Source: Botryllus schlosseri
Taxonomy: Eukaryota
NCBI GenBank assembly: GCA_051294905.1
Contig: CM119375.1
Location: forward strand, 3,410,001 to 3,474,000
Direction of reading: 5' to 3'
DNA length: 64,000 nt
The notes beneath the pieces are model-generated. The model was not told the DNA's origin. It saw nothing but the letters and a program-made list of their open reading frames with translations, and searched no databases. Positions 1 to 12,231 of this stretch are shown piece after piece. Position 1 is the first letter of the stretch, and each line of letters starts with the position of its first letter. The position numbers and the translations under genes are program-made.

Positions 1-1983
1 CCTTAAAGGTCACGAACATACATAGCTGGGTAGCTGGTTCGCGTCCCGGTGAGCGCTCTGTAATCGATTCATCTCTCTCCCAGGAACAAGCGCGAACGGT
101 CTTTCCTGATAGGCGTTAGCTCGTTACGACTTGTCCCTCAGAGCGGGATTCAAATACCCGCCGCTCAGCGCTCTCGTGGTCATATAATTTTTGTGATTTT
201 AGCATTTATTACCATCGTGAAATGCAATGCTTAAAATGACTGGAAAATGCAGAATTTTGTCGCCAGGTGTCCCAAGACTCACCACACTACCCGACACGGT
301 GTTACCTGGAACATTAAAACATGCATCACCCACATAAAGAATATATATGTGCGTTAGTGTTTGTCATAGTCGTTAATAATGTGGTTCATCCCTTATTCCT
401 TTCCATCCAGGGTGAATGCCTCTTATTTACATCGCCTATAGACCCCGGTTGGTGTCTGATTTCAAGAAATACTCAAAGTAGTTTCGACACCTTTCTATAT
501 TTTCATTGCATCTCTGTTCTGTAATGTTTTGAGATGATGAAATTATCAATGAAATGATACTGATATACATGCACACTAGCACGGCATATAATGGGGTCGA
601 TTTTACTTTGACCAGTTGCGTCCATCAAGATCTATTAAAATCGTACCGCGAGGCTGCGCTGTTGAGTAACAAAATAGCGGAACTGATTGGATTTCCTTTC
701 CGCTTTCTCACTTTTACACGGAACAAACCCGCGTAGTTCTTCCTTCAATGCAGTGTTCCTTCTTGTAATCAACTGCAAAATTATTCGAATAAGATCGATT
801 CAAAACGAATTATATTCCTTGGAATTCGCGTATGGAAACGGTGAGTTTCTTCGTGAACTGGAATCATAGCTGCTCTCACAATAAGCTGTATATATTCCAA
901 ATTAACGAAATACTGAACTTTACTTGAAATGTATACAAGATTAAAGCGACGTATTAAATAAATGCGCCCCATGAGCTAAACCTCGCCTGCTACACACTGA
1001 CAAGACAAAATTAATGTGATCGCTTCTTCTCAACAAGCTGATCCAGACAGATTGCAAATGAGTCGAATGACGTATATATGCATTCGATGAAGACATTTCT
1101 CATGTTAGAAAACATGACATCCAACGATTTGTGACAACTGTAATTTTACTTGAAAAGAAATGCATTTACGGGGCGCCACCTGCGTAGACTTGCTGTAGCA
1201 CAGAACCAGTGGAATACACCATTCTCCCATCGCATATTTTGTATTACTTTCCTAGCAATTCGCAAAGCAAACTTATCAACAACATTGATTTCTATCAAGC
1301 ATCGCCTTTGTGTTGGCTACACAGGATTACGACAGGCTTGAATCATCCCCATTACCGCGATAAAACGATGTCTAGTTCCAACTTACGAAGCTCAATTAGG
1401 GTCAAGAATCTCGACTGGCGATCGTTTATCGCCGTGCCTTTGTTTCTGTTCGCAACATTTTGTTGAAGAATTCCCGAGTTCAAACGTCTCCATTAGCAGA
1501 TAAGAATTGTTTGCAAATATAATAGTTCAGTGTAATATGCGGAGTAGCCGGTCTCAAATTGCAAGATTGTGTTCGCCCAATTAAGCAGCAGGCGCCTAAT
1601 ATTCTCGGATTAGGACGCGGAATACTTTACTCAGACGCCGATCGGGCCTTCCGTCAGTGGATTCGTCCGTATACTGCGAAGTTTCAGCTGATTTTGAAGC
1701 ATATATCACACCTCTAATCATAACTAAAGACATGATTAGAAAGACCTAATTCGCTCTTGGTTTAGTGCGAAACGACTCCGGCATAGTCGGACACAACCGA
1801 ATAATTGCCAGCTTTCCCAGAATAGAAAAGAAAAATAATCATAGATACACATTTTTTTCTAAATTAGGCTAAAATTATAATAAATCTACAAAGGTTGTTA
1901 CAAATTAGATTAGACTTATAATCACTGGTTTCGCGAAAAATTGGAAATTGAATCGCGCTCAGTTCAATGTCGCAGTCGCAAGC

Positions 1984-2150
1984 ACGAGAATAGCAAATGT
2001 CTGCACAGCAAGCTTGGCTCGTTACGTATTATACAGTTTTCCTGTTGCATTTTCAGGAAAACCAGGGATTATTAGATTAGAATTAGAATTATAGCAAATA
2101 GGCCTACATTTCACATTTAGATGTGAATTATATTACTTATAGTATAATTT
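1984..2150. repeat. Interspersed repeat with (ATTAG)n-type motifs; second copy at about 60101-60250 in dmrt2 copy B intron 2
   Basis: ACGAGAATAGCAAATGTCTGCACAGCAAGCTTGGC...TTTTCAGGAAAACC...ATTAGATTAGAATTA here aligns by eye with ACGAGAATGGCAAACGTCTGTACAGCAAGCTTGGC...TTTTCAGGAAAACCGGAAATTAGATTAGAATTA at 60101. Boundaries are approximate. Confidence 0.7.
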
Positions 2151-2643
2151 AGCAACTAGATAATTCTATCGCCTACAAATGAATCTTGGGACGCGATTAT
2201 CTAGCTGTCCAAGTCAGCCAAGCAGTCCTTGCACCTGCATACTTGGTTTCCAATAATTCATAGTAATTTGTATTCCTTTCAAACCATATCCGCGGTATAT
2301 AATGGGGTCTTCCGGTGTCTATGAAAACCATAGTACGGACGGCGCAGGAGTGTATCAACTTTCGTTATGACCTCACGGGGACCGGTTACGTGGCGACGAA
2401 ATTCGATACCTAAATTTCAACTAATGCTCGAGTAATTGATCAAAATGATCGTAACGTGATACAAAAATTGCACACTTTCGTAATGGTCCTCAGTGCCGTA
2501 TTTAGACTCGGCGCGTCTGTTCATACATTCTCTCGTCAAAGAGTGAAGGCACATCAAAGGAAGGCCGGATTGTTGTCTGCAAACACGGTTTAATATCATA
2601 AACGGCCCACTTCAGATGACGTAGTAGAACTGGTGATCAAATA

Positions 2644-3583
2644 AAGGCCTACCATATTTTCAGAACCCCAAAAGGGGACATTTCTTGCCAGCCAGTAATG
2701 CGAATGTCGAATCATTTGCTTTCAGTTTAATAATCTTTTACATTTCTCCTGTATTTGAAGAGCTTGTTGGCGGTACAAGAACTTCAATATACCATTAAAA
2801 TATATAATCATATTGAAATGAACCCGAATATTGCCGGCTGACATTCGTTAGGGGTAATCGTCAGCAACTAGTAAAGAACAATGATACGATTGTTGATATA
2901 CGGTTTTTTTCAATTCTCTAATAATTGCTGACGATTACCCTTGAAGAGTGTCAGCCGAAAATATTCGGGTTCATTTCAGTATGAATATACTATCCAATTT
3001 CCGAGGTATAGTTGCAGGCAAAGTTTTTAACAAAGAAGGAAAAGAAAAAGGTACAAACAGACGAAAAAGAACAAATCAAATTGATATTTTAGATTCAGCC
3101 CATTAATACTTTTAACTTTTGCCTATAAGAACCGATCACTTTAACGAGTTAGTGAAATTGTTTATACGAAATATCATGGAAATCATGTACAACCGTCAAG
3201 ATGCTCGAATCTGATCGAACTAATTGCTCTGTTAAGTTCGAGCTTTCGCCAGAAAAATTGCGACGGATCCTAGCATGTAAAAAGGACCGGATGTTACGGG
3301 TAACGTCGAACTATGTTTGCAGTTACATTGAAGAAGGTAGGACTGGTGTGACAATTTGTCGCAAGTCGTTTTTTAAAGCAGCAATTCGGAATGTTTCAAG
3401 GCTACTGTATTTGTTTGGAAATAGATACAACTTCTCGCCTAAGTCTTGGTATAGGTATAAGCGTCTAACTCGAAATGCAATAGAAGAGAACATTTGGGCA
3501 TTTATGAGAGTCCACGAAGGACCATACACTTTTTTTGGGAGAAGTGGACAAATCTCCCTAAAATAGGGCATATGGTAGGTCTA
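2644..3583. mobile_element. Decayed non-autonomous hAT-like element (TAGGCCTACCATAT-type TIRs, Blackjack-like) with a nested foldback element
   Basis: Left end AAGGCCTACCATATTTT...GGGGACATTT; right end GGGCATATGGTAGGTCTA. Related ends occur at 6904 and 51443-51916. The 121-aa ORF at 3201-3566 lies inside and is probably transposase debris. Confidence 0.55.
2757..2999. mobile_element. Foldback family A element (about 85-bp inverted arms plus a one-sided terminal hairpin)
   Basis: Left arm TCATATTGAAATGAACCCGAATATT...GGGTAATCGTCAGCAACTAGTAAAGAA is the reverse complement of right arm TTCTCTAATAATTGCTGACGATTACCC...AATATTCGGGTTCATTTCAGTATGA. About 10 copies occur in the window. Confidence 0.85.
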
Positions 3584-6500
3584 CGTAGTAGGACTGATGA
3601 TCAAACATGGCGCTTACGCCATATTCTCACCACCGGCAATCTTCACGCTGTATCTTAACTATAGTAGGCCTACCTCTCTGAATCATCTGATACGTAAGAT
3701 CAATGATTGCGAACACGAGGAAAGTTATTACTTCGCGTGTAATTACGTGTAAACCGATACAAATTCGTCCCCATGTCACAGAGTGCAGGCACTTGACACA
3801 AAATCTAATGTATCATTCAGCAATGCTTCCGCTTGTAGCACATTATTTACTATAGGGACATTGCGGATTATACCAAGTTCGGCATCGTATGTCAAGTCAA
3901 GTCGATTTTATCTGCCAATATTTCCATTACCACGATATCGTATAGCTGTAGACTGAGCACCTCGTTACTGTCGCCGTGATAACGAGATATCGCATATGTC
4001 TATATGAGGAAGACAGGGTTTTATTACGGTAGAAGGAATGTTCTCGCGAGCGGAATCTTGATCCACTGACCTTGAAGTCAAAATGCATCATATCTACGAT
4101 CATCCATAGACTGCAATTGATATCCTATTAGTGCGAACCGTTGGCGAACTTCTTTCAACCAGTGTATAGTTTTGTACCCTATGAGTTTTAGATGGCCTGC
4201 TTGAAACCCCGCAGGTATGCTTATTTCCATCCGTCCAATTATATTATAATACTTATTGCCAGGTAACTATGGTGCGATGGCCAATTTACCGACTCCCCGT
4301 AATGCTTAGACCAGGGATTCTCAACCGCGACTCTCATTGACCCCGAAAATACCCACAAAATATAATAGGGATTTGTTGGTAGTTTCCATTGATAGTTCTC
4401 GTCAATTTATGTATATCAATGCATATAGCGCATATTAGTTATGCCGAAGCAACTCAAAGCCGTTTCTGAAAACCAGACTAGCGTCAAACGCACGGAAGGC
4501 TATCCGTCGCATACGGGATATATCTTGCGTTCCACTGTATATATAGACACTTATAGATTGCTTCTGTGAAAAGCACATGGCCATACAATCTTGCTATCAT
4601 CTGAACAACGGCTTATGGCCATGCCTAAATCGCAACATGTCCTTTAGTACTCACTTCTATCACCCCGTAAACTTGTGCATATGTAGGCCTAGTATGTATG
4701 AGGAGCTATCGCATAACGACACCTATATCTTATACGTTGTAGCAATGGCATGTATTCGCAATTTATTTTATTGAAGAGCACTCTGTAATATGCGTCTGTC
4801 AATGCTAAAATAACTAGGGTCTATCGATTTCCATGCTCAATGTTCATATTATAAGTATACTTTAATATTTTCATGCGGCTTCATACATGTACTGAAGTTT
4901 GAATTGCGGCTCCGACATCCGAATAAGTTGGGAATGGGAACCACTGGCTTAGACGCTAACAGAGCATCCACAGTTCGACACCCGTCGTTATAGACAGTTT
5001 CACAGAAAATTGTAACACGTGTACAACGTATATGTATTTATAGCAACTGTACCATACCCGTACTTGGTGATGCAGTAGCGAAATCGCCAGGAAATTAGCT
5101 GAAGATGCATTTAATTTACAGGATGGGATGATGCGAATAATAGTCAAATCTTGCCTTTCAATGTATTAACACTTATGTTCTTGATTCGCCTCTCCTCCCA
5201 CGTACATGGAAATCGGTTAATATACAGTATTATCTGTTATTTGCAATCTGGCCTTTGACTTCTTAAAATGGCAGATTCTCTTTTATTAGTTATTGCCGCA
5301 ATCCCTAAGTCGTGGATCATTTGTTAGTTGATTGTCCTGCATATGATTATATTCGTAAATTTGCTATCGACATATGTGCCCCATTGAAAGTGAATTTTTG
5401 TATATCTATAATTTGCTCAGTGTCTTTCGTATAACTCCTGAGATTGTGGCTTTGTATTATCGTCTATAATCGCCATTTTATGACTAAGGCCGGAGACGGA
5501 GATCATTTAAAGTTGGATGATCAATAAAATCAATTATCGCGTTCATCAGAATTTCACAACCCGGGATTACCGAAACCGGTTGATCGCAGCTCATAAAGTT
5601 AGTATTAATCGCATGATTTAACAAAACAGAACAAATTATACATCACTAGATATCCATAAAAACTGCATGCACAGCGCACCATTCCTACGCGAAAATATTT
5701 CCGATAATGACCGTGACGATTGTCTCCACGGTAATGGCTTCACTGAACAACCAACGAATCATGTACCCACACCATTGTAGAGCGATATCAATATTCTATA
5801 TTCTGTTTCTTCACTGTACCATACTCATAACACGCGACTTTCATTTCGCAATGATGATAATTCTACCTATTACCGTCACAGTATCTTTATCAGCAGGCTG
5901 CCATTTCATTCAACAAATGGACAACTGACGGCCAATAACGCGTTTTCGCATTACGATGGAACAGATCACACCACTTGATTGAAAACTCGGGACACCTCGA
6001 GTAATCATCGTAACGTTTTCCAACTCTATCGCGCATAACGTTTTCCAACTCAGTTTTCAATCGCACGATTAGCATTCTTCCGGGTCAGCTAACTTTATGA
6101 TCTCCGCCTTAAAGTGTTTATGTTCAATTTTGATGATATTTGATCATTATTTCTTATGATATCATTCCGTGTTATACACAGTACAGTGTACCGTGCATTT
6201 TCATTGTAGTGCGAAAGGCTGTAAGGCGACAAGCACCAAATCCTTTTGTTAATCAAGGACGGTGTTGTGTCTTTCTTTATAAGATGCCATTGCAGTGAAT
6301 GGAGTTGAGGCCATCAAAACATTGAGACCGGAACGGAGACACGGAGTATAAACATTACGAATATCCTAGCGTCAATTCAAGTTTGTCGCCAATAATAGGG
6401 TGTGAACTGCTGCGCAGTTAAATATTTTTGTTTTGGGATAAGATGACGCAATACGGCACTGCTCTTTGAACTTTCAAGGTCGCATTCTTGAATGCAAGAT

Positions 6501-7034
6501 AATTTAATCCGAACTGTGTACCGTATGAAAGTGATTAAACGCTGTACGTTGCGCGCTTCCCACGGCCACACCGCCAACCAGCGCGCAACCCGATAGGTCA
6601 AGTTCGCCGAAAATGTTTTGATCGGGATTGTTTTGAGTCTTTCGGCAACAGTCCAGAAAAATCTTTGGCTTTTGAGATACATTCGTGTGCGCTGTGTGAT
6701 CTCACTCGCTGAATACCAAATTGAAAGCAATATCGGTGGGAGTCAAGAATCGCGGTTATAACGGTATATCGCTTATATATGTGACTAGAAACTGGCGACC
6801 ACCCATGCGTGAACGCGTAGTGTCTTACGAATCTCAAACAATTTTCTTTAGTATAATCCTCCAACTATGTGCGATACATATCTCATTGTTACTATTTGTA
6901 AATTAGGCCTACCATATTTTCTCAACCCTAAAATGAGCATTTTTGCCGACAGGTAAAACGAAAGTAAAATTGTTACGTTATACGATGACAACTGTGCTCT
7001 TATTTCGTGCAATTGATGGTTTATCAGTCAACAT

Positions 7035-7715
7035 CAGGTTGTAATGTGACTTGAGTCATTTTCATGTAAAAATGTCTCGACTCGACCTGATTACACATTG
7101 TGTATTGACTCGAATTGTATAGTCGAGTCATATTATTATTATTATTATTACAACACACAACAGTGGTGCTTATAGCCCGATTAGGGATTTGTGCTCCACG
7201 ACATCACATTTTATCACACAGTTCAATGCATTTCTTCATGTTTAATTGCTCGTGCGCTCTTTCAGCAGTCTCTGTATCTTCAAGGCTTTCATCGGTTCTT
7301 TCTTTATCGTCGACTTATAGCTCGACCCACTGTCATATCTAGGCTTTTCAAGTCACCGCAATTGCAGTGAGGTCGGCGATGAGGAGCCCGTATAACCTCC
7401 GACACATAGAAGTTAGTCCGAACCGGAATTCGAACCACTGCCATTGGTGTCGTGGCGCTGGTGCTTAACCAACTACGCCACTCGCTTCCCAGTCGAGTGT
7501 TGACTCCAGAGATTCAATGTGATTAGATTCAAGCGAAATATTTAGATATCATTTCTCGACTGTAGGATCTTTTACTTGTTTTTTTTTTTAACTTACTAAA
7601 AGTGAGAAAATTTATATATTATGCATGCGAGGCATTCAATATGATCAAAGAGTTGCGGAAAAGTGAGATTGAATTGTGACACGGAGACCGTGTGACTTGT
7701 TTACGGACAACCCTG
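7035..7715. mobile_element. hAT MITE family F (CAGGGTTGT-type TIRs, GACTCG subterminal repeats) carrying a nested SINE
   Basis: Ends CAGGTTGT / ACAACCCTG; 8-bp TSD GTCAACAT (7027-7034) / GTTAACAT (7716-7723), 7/8 match. Confidence 0.75.
7129..7490 (-). mobile_element. Full-length tRNA-derived SINE
   Basis: The minus-strand head GGGAAGCGAGTGGCGTAGTTGGTTAAGC...GGTTCGAATTCC has Pol III A and B boxes and a (TAA)n tail. It is flanked by the direct repeat AGTCGAGT (7121-7128, 7491-7498). Homologous bodies occur at 22.8, 27.9 and 55.9 kb. Confidence 0.85.
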
Positions 7716-8233
7716 GTTAACATCGTTGACTTAGCTTTGACAATATTCTGTCGAAAGTAAAATGGAAACCATATTCCACCGATAATTGTTTGGATTAACT
7801 GTTGTCTTTACCTAGTATGGTTTGGTACGACCATTTCGTCAATGATAGATCGCTCCCATTCCCTCGTTTTTGCCTTTTCGCAGCTTGCACGGATTTGTCA
7901 CGGTCGGCCTGGATTGTTTCAGTGTTTCGTCAATCATGTATTACATTAGGAGATTTGTGAGGAATCGTATTACGAGTCGGGATATCGAATGACATAACAG
8001 AGATTCGCATGCACCTATGACAACATAGATTGATTGACATGCTTGATGGACTGACATCGCATCTGGAAACGATTCTATCACATTTGACATTCTATTTTAT
8101 GACATCACACTATGCAATGACTTAACGACAATAAAACCATTTAGGTGTAGGATTTACGGTATGAATGATTGAAAAATATATGATATATATAATACGGGAT
8201 ATACGCCTGATGATATATTAAGTTCTTCCGACT

Positions 8234-8312
8234 TCTCTACTAGCTTCTGACGATTAACCCTGGCGAGTGTCAGCCGCAAGTATTCGCGTTGATTTCAATA
8301 TGAAAATATTAT
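8234..8312. mobile_element. Foldback family A, single arm
   Basis: TTCTCTACTAGCTTCTGACGATTAACCCTGGCGAGTGTCAGCCGCAAGTATTCGCGTTGATTTCAATATGAAAATA matches the family arm. Confidence 0.7.
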
Positions 8313-8654
8313 TTAATGCCATAGTAAAGTTCCGTATCTCCAAGAGTCTATTTCACTGATAATTGTTCGATTTGAGAACGTCGTCTGTGACTATGTTTCA
8401 TGGATGTGCTTCCACTTGCGATTTCGGGCATGCATGTTCTCGTGCTATACAATATAAAGTGTAATATGGCTCATCTTTAAGTGACCCTAATGCGTGTTCG
8501 TCATTACATCGATGAGAAGTTCATCAACGTCTGCACTCTACCTCACATATCCGAGATTGCTCCGAGTTATAACACGTGATAAAACAGACAGCTTAACCGC
8601 TTTTATAGCAACTGAAGGCAAAATATTGCATTTATCATCCATAAAGCCATATAG

Positions 8655-9165
8655 GGCTCTACTCGGAGATCGTTATCAACGTAGTACTTCTACTTTTCAT
8701 AAATACTAAAGGATATTTTGCCCACTTGTACCACTTGTTCAAGTATAGTTATCTTCCTAGACTACTACTACTTCTACGTATCAATCTTTAGGCAAAACTG
8801 CTTACTTTTTACAGTACGTATTTGTAAAGAAGAAAATACGTGGAAATATGTTTTCATCATTTTTATGATTGAAATTGTTCCAAAAATGTGCGAAATAACC
8901 CTTGTATCAGCGGAACTGAATATGGTTTTAGATATCGCTGTTCTTTGCATTGTTATTAGTCATTTCACATTAGTCGCCTGAATGAAACTTGCAATTTTGA
9001 AAGCAGTCACATCCGATTAACAGCTAGAATACTTTACAGATCCTAAATTTACATTCATTTCTACTTGAAGTAGTTTTGCTTGTCTTTAACATCACTACTT
9101 TCTCTTTTAAATGAGAAATATTCACGGCGTTACTTCTACTTGAGTAGAAACGCTGACTACTTTGA
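8655..9165. repeat. Degenerate family D (TACTTCTACTT-rich) hAT MITE remnants
   Basis: Repeated TACTTCTACTT(G) motifs like those in the intact element at 24225-25236; ends not resolved. Confidence 0.45.
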
Positions 9166-10480
9166 CCCGCTAGGTACATCCATGATTGTATTTGTACTAA
9201 ACTGCCAATGTAATGTACATTGTTTAGTTATATTGCTATTTAACCATGTGTTTTGTTATGACATCTTGGTCTAACCAGGAAATAGCTTCTGTATCAATTT
9301 CCAAAATATTCCCCCTCAAAGACCATGACTTTGCGGGGAACCGTAACAAAACTGATTCATTGCAAGGACGCTTGCTATATCATTTCAATTTAATGAGTTT
9401 TCAAACGAAATCGATGTATATACAGTTTGATGTGTCGGTGAGGATGAACCGTTACGGATATGCGTTTGAAAATGCGTTGTATACGGTAGCAAATATCTGC
9501 AAAGCATGAATAAGCAGGCATGGGGCAAAAGGCCTCCGTTTGCCGAGAATCACCCTTCCCCTAAATAGAAACATACATATACAAAGTTGATCAATAATTA
9601 TTATCCGTCCGTGAGCAAAAGTAACATCATTGCCAAGTGATCGAGTTACAATGGTAATATTGACCTGAATGTAGGGGTAAGGTAAATTTAGGGGTAAGGT
9701 AAGGCAAATGGTGTGTTGACGTATACATATAGAGAATATCCCTTAACAAGAAAAGCTGATTGATATACATCCACGCTGACCATCTAGCACCTGCCTCCCA
9801 TTACTTCTGTGAAAATCTGCCTGAAGCGGCGTAATCTGCAACAGAAAAGAATACAAAACAGTTCGTAATCGCATGTTGAAAGACAAAGCGTAGTAACGTA
9901 ACTAGATTAACATTCCTAAAAGTCAAATCATGTCACGGATCGCGTGGATCAGACCAACACTAGAGGAACGGCCGGGAAAGGATTCATCCCCGAAGAGCAC
10001 TCATGGTTTCGAATTTCAGGTCAATAACAAACTATAACATCTGGACTGATAAAGCTGGGGAATTTATGCGGTGCAGTCCATACATCATGACTGCTCCAGA
10101 TGCCTTGATTGAAGATTGGAATTCCGAATGTGATGTTGAAGCTTCCACCCAAGCTTTTTAACCTTGGTTATAAGAATGAATTCACGAAACATTGAGCTAG
10201 CTTTACTGCCTTATTCAAAAATCTAGTTTCTGAGCTATTCCAGATTGCAAATTAACTCATGTCAAAACGAATCACGGTACACCTGTAAGGCACTGACTTC
10301 AAAGCGCTATTGTAATCCCGAAGATTTCACTTCAAAACAAGTAAAAATTACTTGAAAGCTGCGAAGACATTTCTACTAATTTACTAAATCGATATATCAT
10401 CTTTGATAAAGGAACGATCGAATTATTCATAACGTGGTATTGCGCTTCGGGTTCGTCCACTCTGAAAACGGCGTTTTAAC

Positions 10481-11035
10481 TAGAGGTCGACCGATTATCG
10501 AGATGGCCGATTATCGAGGCCGATATTTTGAGCTTGCCCAATTATCGATATCGGTCTATGAAGGCCGATATCGCGGCCGATATTTTATATTTAAAAAAAA
10601 ATAAAAATATTGCAAATTCAATGCCCCGTGTTCTCAATCTCAAGATCTTTACGACGCAAGGGATAATATATGACAGATTTACCATTGTGGGACGGGTTTA
10701 ATTTGGTGAGCATGCAGAGAAACTTGGCTTCCTGCATTACAATCTACCTTTTCTGAACTGATCTGCAATTCTGTATCATGTTTTGATTTTCGGGTTATCC
10801 CAAATTTCAACGAATGTTCACAATTAAGCAATAAGTCTTTTCGATTTCAGTTTTCTCGTTTGTTGTCCACCTTTCTGTGGCATGAACATCTTGCCTAATA
10901 TATAATATTTTTGGCGAAATTGTTCTCTGCTCCTTCCATATTAATATCGGCCTATGATATCGGTTATCGGCCTTCTGAGTGTCGAAATATCGGTATCGGT
11001 ATCGGCCTGTAAAAATCAATATCGGTCGACCTCTA
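10481..11035. mobile_element. hAT MITE family B (ATCGG subterminal repeats)
   Basis: Perfect 15-bp TIRs TAGAGGTCGACCGAT / ATCGGTCGACCTCTA; perfect 8-bp TSD GTTTTAAC (10473-10480, 11036-11043). Confidence 0.92.
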
Positions 11036-11164
11036 GTTTTAACTGCCGTAAGAATCAAAATACTGTGTTAATTGTGTCGCGATTATCACTCGTAAATAGG
11101 CTTACTTGATATTTCGCTAGCAAAGAGAATGGTAATTTATGGTATGCAGTCTGAAGACTTTGAA

Positions 11165-11225
11165 AACTTATGAATATACTATTCAATTAAATATTGAAGT
11201 TCTGTACCTCCAGGAAGGCCTCCAA
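11165..11225. mobile_element. Foldback family A, terminal fragment with hairpin extension
   Basis: ATGAATATACTATTCAATTAAATATTGAAGTTCTGTACCTCCAGGAAGGCCTCC is the reverse complement of the hairpin-bearing end seen at 2757, 14327 and 58673. Confidence 0.65.
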
Positions 11226-12161
11226 CTTTGTGTGTGTGAGCGTGATAACCATAGGATTAACGAAGTTTTTCAAATACGAATATAGGATAAATGTGAATAA
11301 TGTCTGGACTATACGATTGAATTGCGATCAGCATAGCATAATAATGAATATATATTGTCCTAATTCGAGTCACACCCACTGTCATTTAAACAAAAACTCT
11401 TGAGTATTCGTGTTGCCCGAATGCTGACGACCAACAGCATTCTTCTAGAACTTGACTCTGGCAGGAGAAGTATAGATGTCCACGGTACTTATTCCCTGAA
11501 GGTAGCCTATATCCAACGTCATGAAATTTTCTTTTTAGTCGTGCTATATTTTGCTTCCAGGATAGGAGTATATGTATGAATGTAAATCAGATCATGACAA
11601 GCAAAATGTATGATTATGTCGGTTATTAAATTAACGTGACAGTGTTTACATATGCACAGTGCACACACCGTATAGTAATTATTTGCTATCCTTGATAAGA
11701 GACCATAAATGAGATTTCCCGTGATTAGTGACGTTCTATTTTCCTAATTCAGGCTCCATGTTTACTTAATTTGGTTTGCCTTAGTCTATTCGAAGATTAA
11801 TATATATGTCAATCATATGTATAATTTCAGCAAGGTACGTTTTCAAGGATGTCAGATAAATTGAGATACACGGGTTGCGGACGTTACTATTTTTAAATTC
11901 ATCCAATTCCAATACACGTCACGTTTCACGCTACTTTCGTTAAAAAATTTCCAATATCGTAAGAAAGCGGTAATAATCTCAGTAATTACCTATATCTTAT
12001 CCGATGGACAATCCATGGCATAATATTTCTGTTGCCGCCTGACTTTATCAATAAAATAGCATTTTGTTGCGAGGAGATAAAATTGTTGGTCTTGAACGGG
12101 TAATGGAAACTAACAAAATTGTATTCCAACATCCTCAAATATAAAAATCGCGGCTTTCGAA

Positions 12162-12198
12162 TATATAAGCGCCGGGTCCAGTGGAGCCAAATCATTCC
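12162..12198 (+). promoter_or_regulatory. Core promoter of the six-exon secreted-protein gene (TATA box + initiator)
   Basis: TATATAAG at 12162-12169 and TCATTCC (YYANWYY) at 12192-12198. The TATA sits at -32 to -25 relative to the Inr A (12194), which lies 38 nt before the ATG at 12232. Confidence 0.55.
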
Positions 12199-12231
12199 AT
12201 TCTTTCCTCATTGCTTTTCTACCATCATAAA

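Noticed and set aside
1-1720. Coding-like stretch with several acceptor-like tracts (83, 266, 410, 614, 753, 1255), a GTGAGT donor at 841 and short open frames on both strands
   Set aside because: I could not assemble a consistent, stop-free multi-exon model or recognise a domain. It may be a decayed gene or the end of a gene outside the window and needs BLASTx.
3201-3566. 121-aa ORF with a segment (NAIEENIWAFM) resembling Tc1 NPIENxW
   Set aside because: It lies inside a TIR-bounded element, and other frames show hAT-like C-terminal fragments. It is best treated as transposon debris, not a gene.
7410-7490. tRNA-like sequence with A and B boxes
   Set aside because: It has no clean cloverleaf or anticodon arm, continues into a conserved non-tRNA body with a simple-repeat tail and TSD, and is repeated. 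It is a SINE head, not a tRNA gene.
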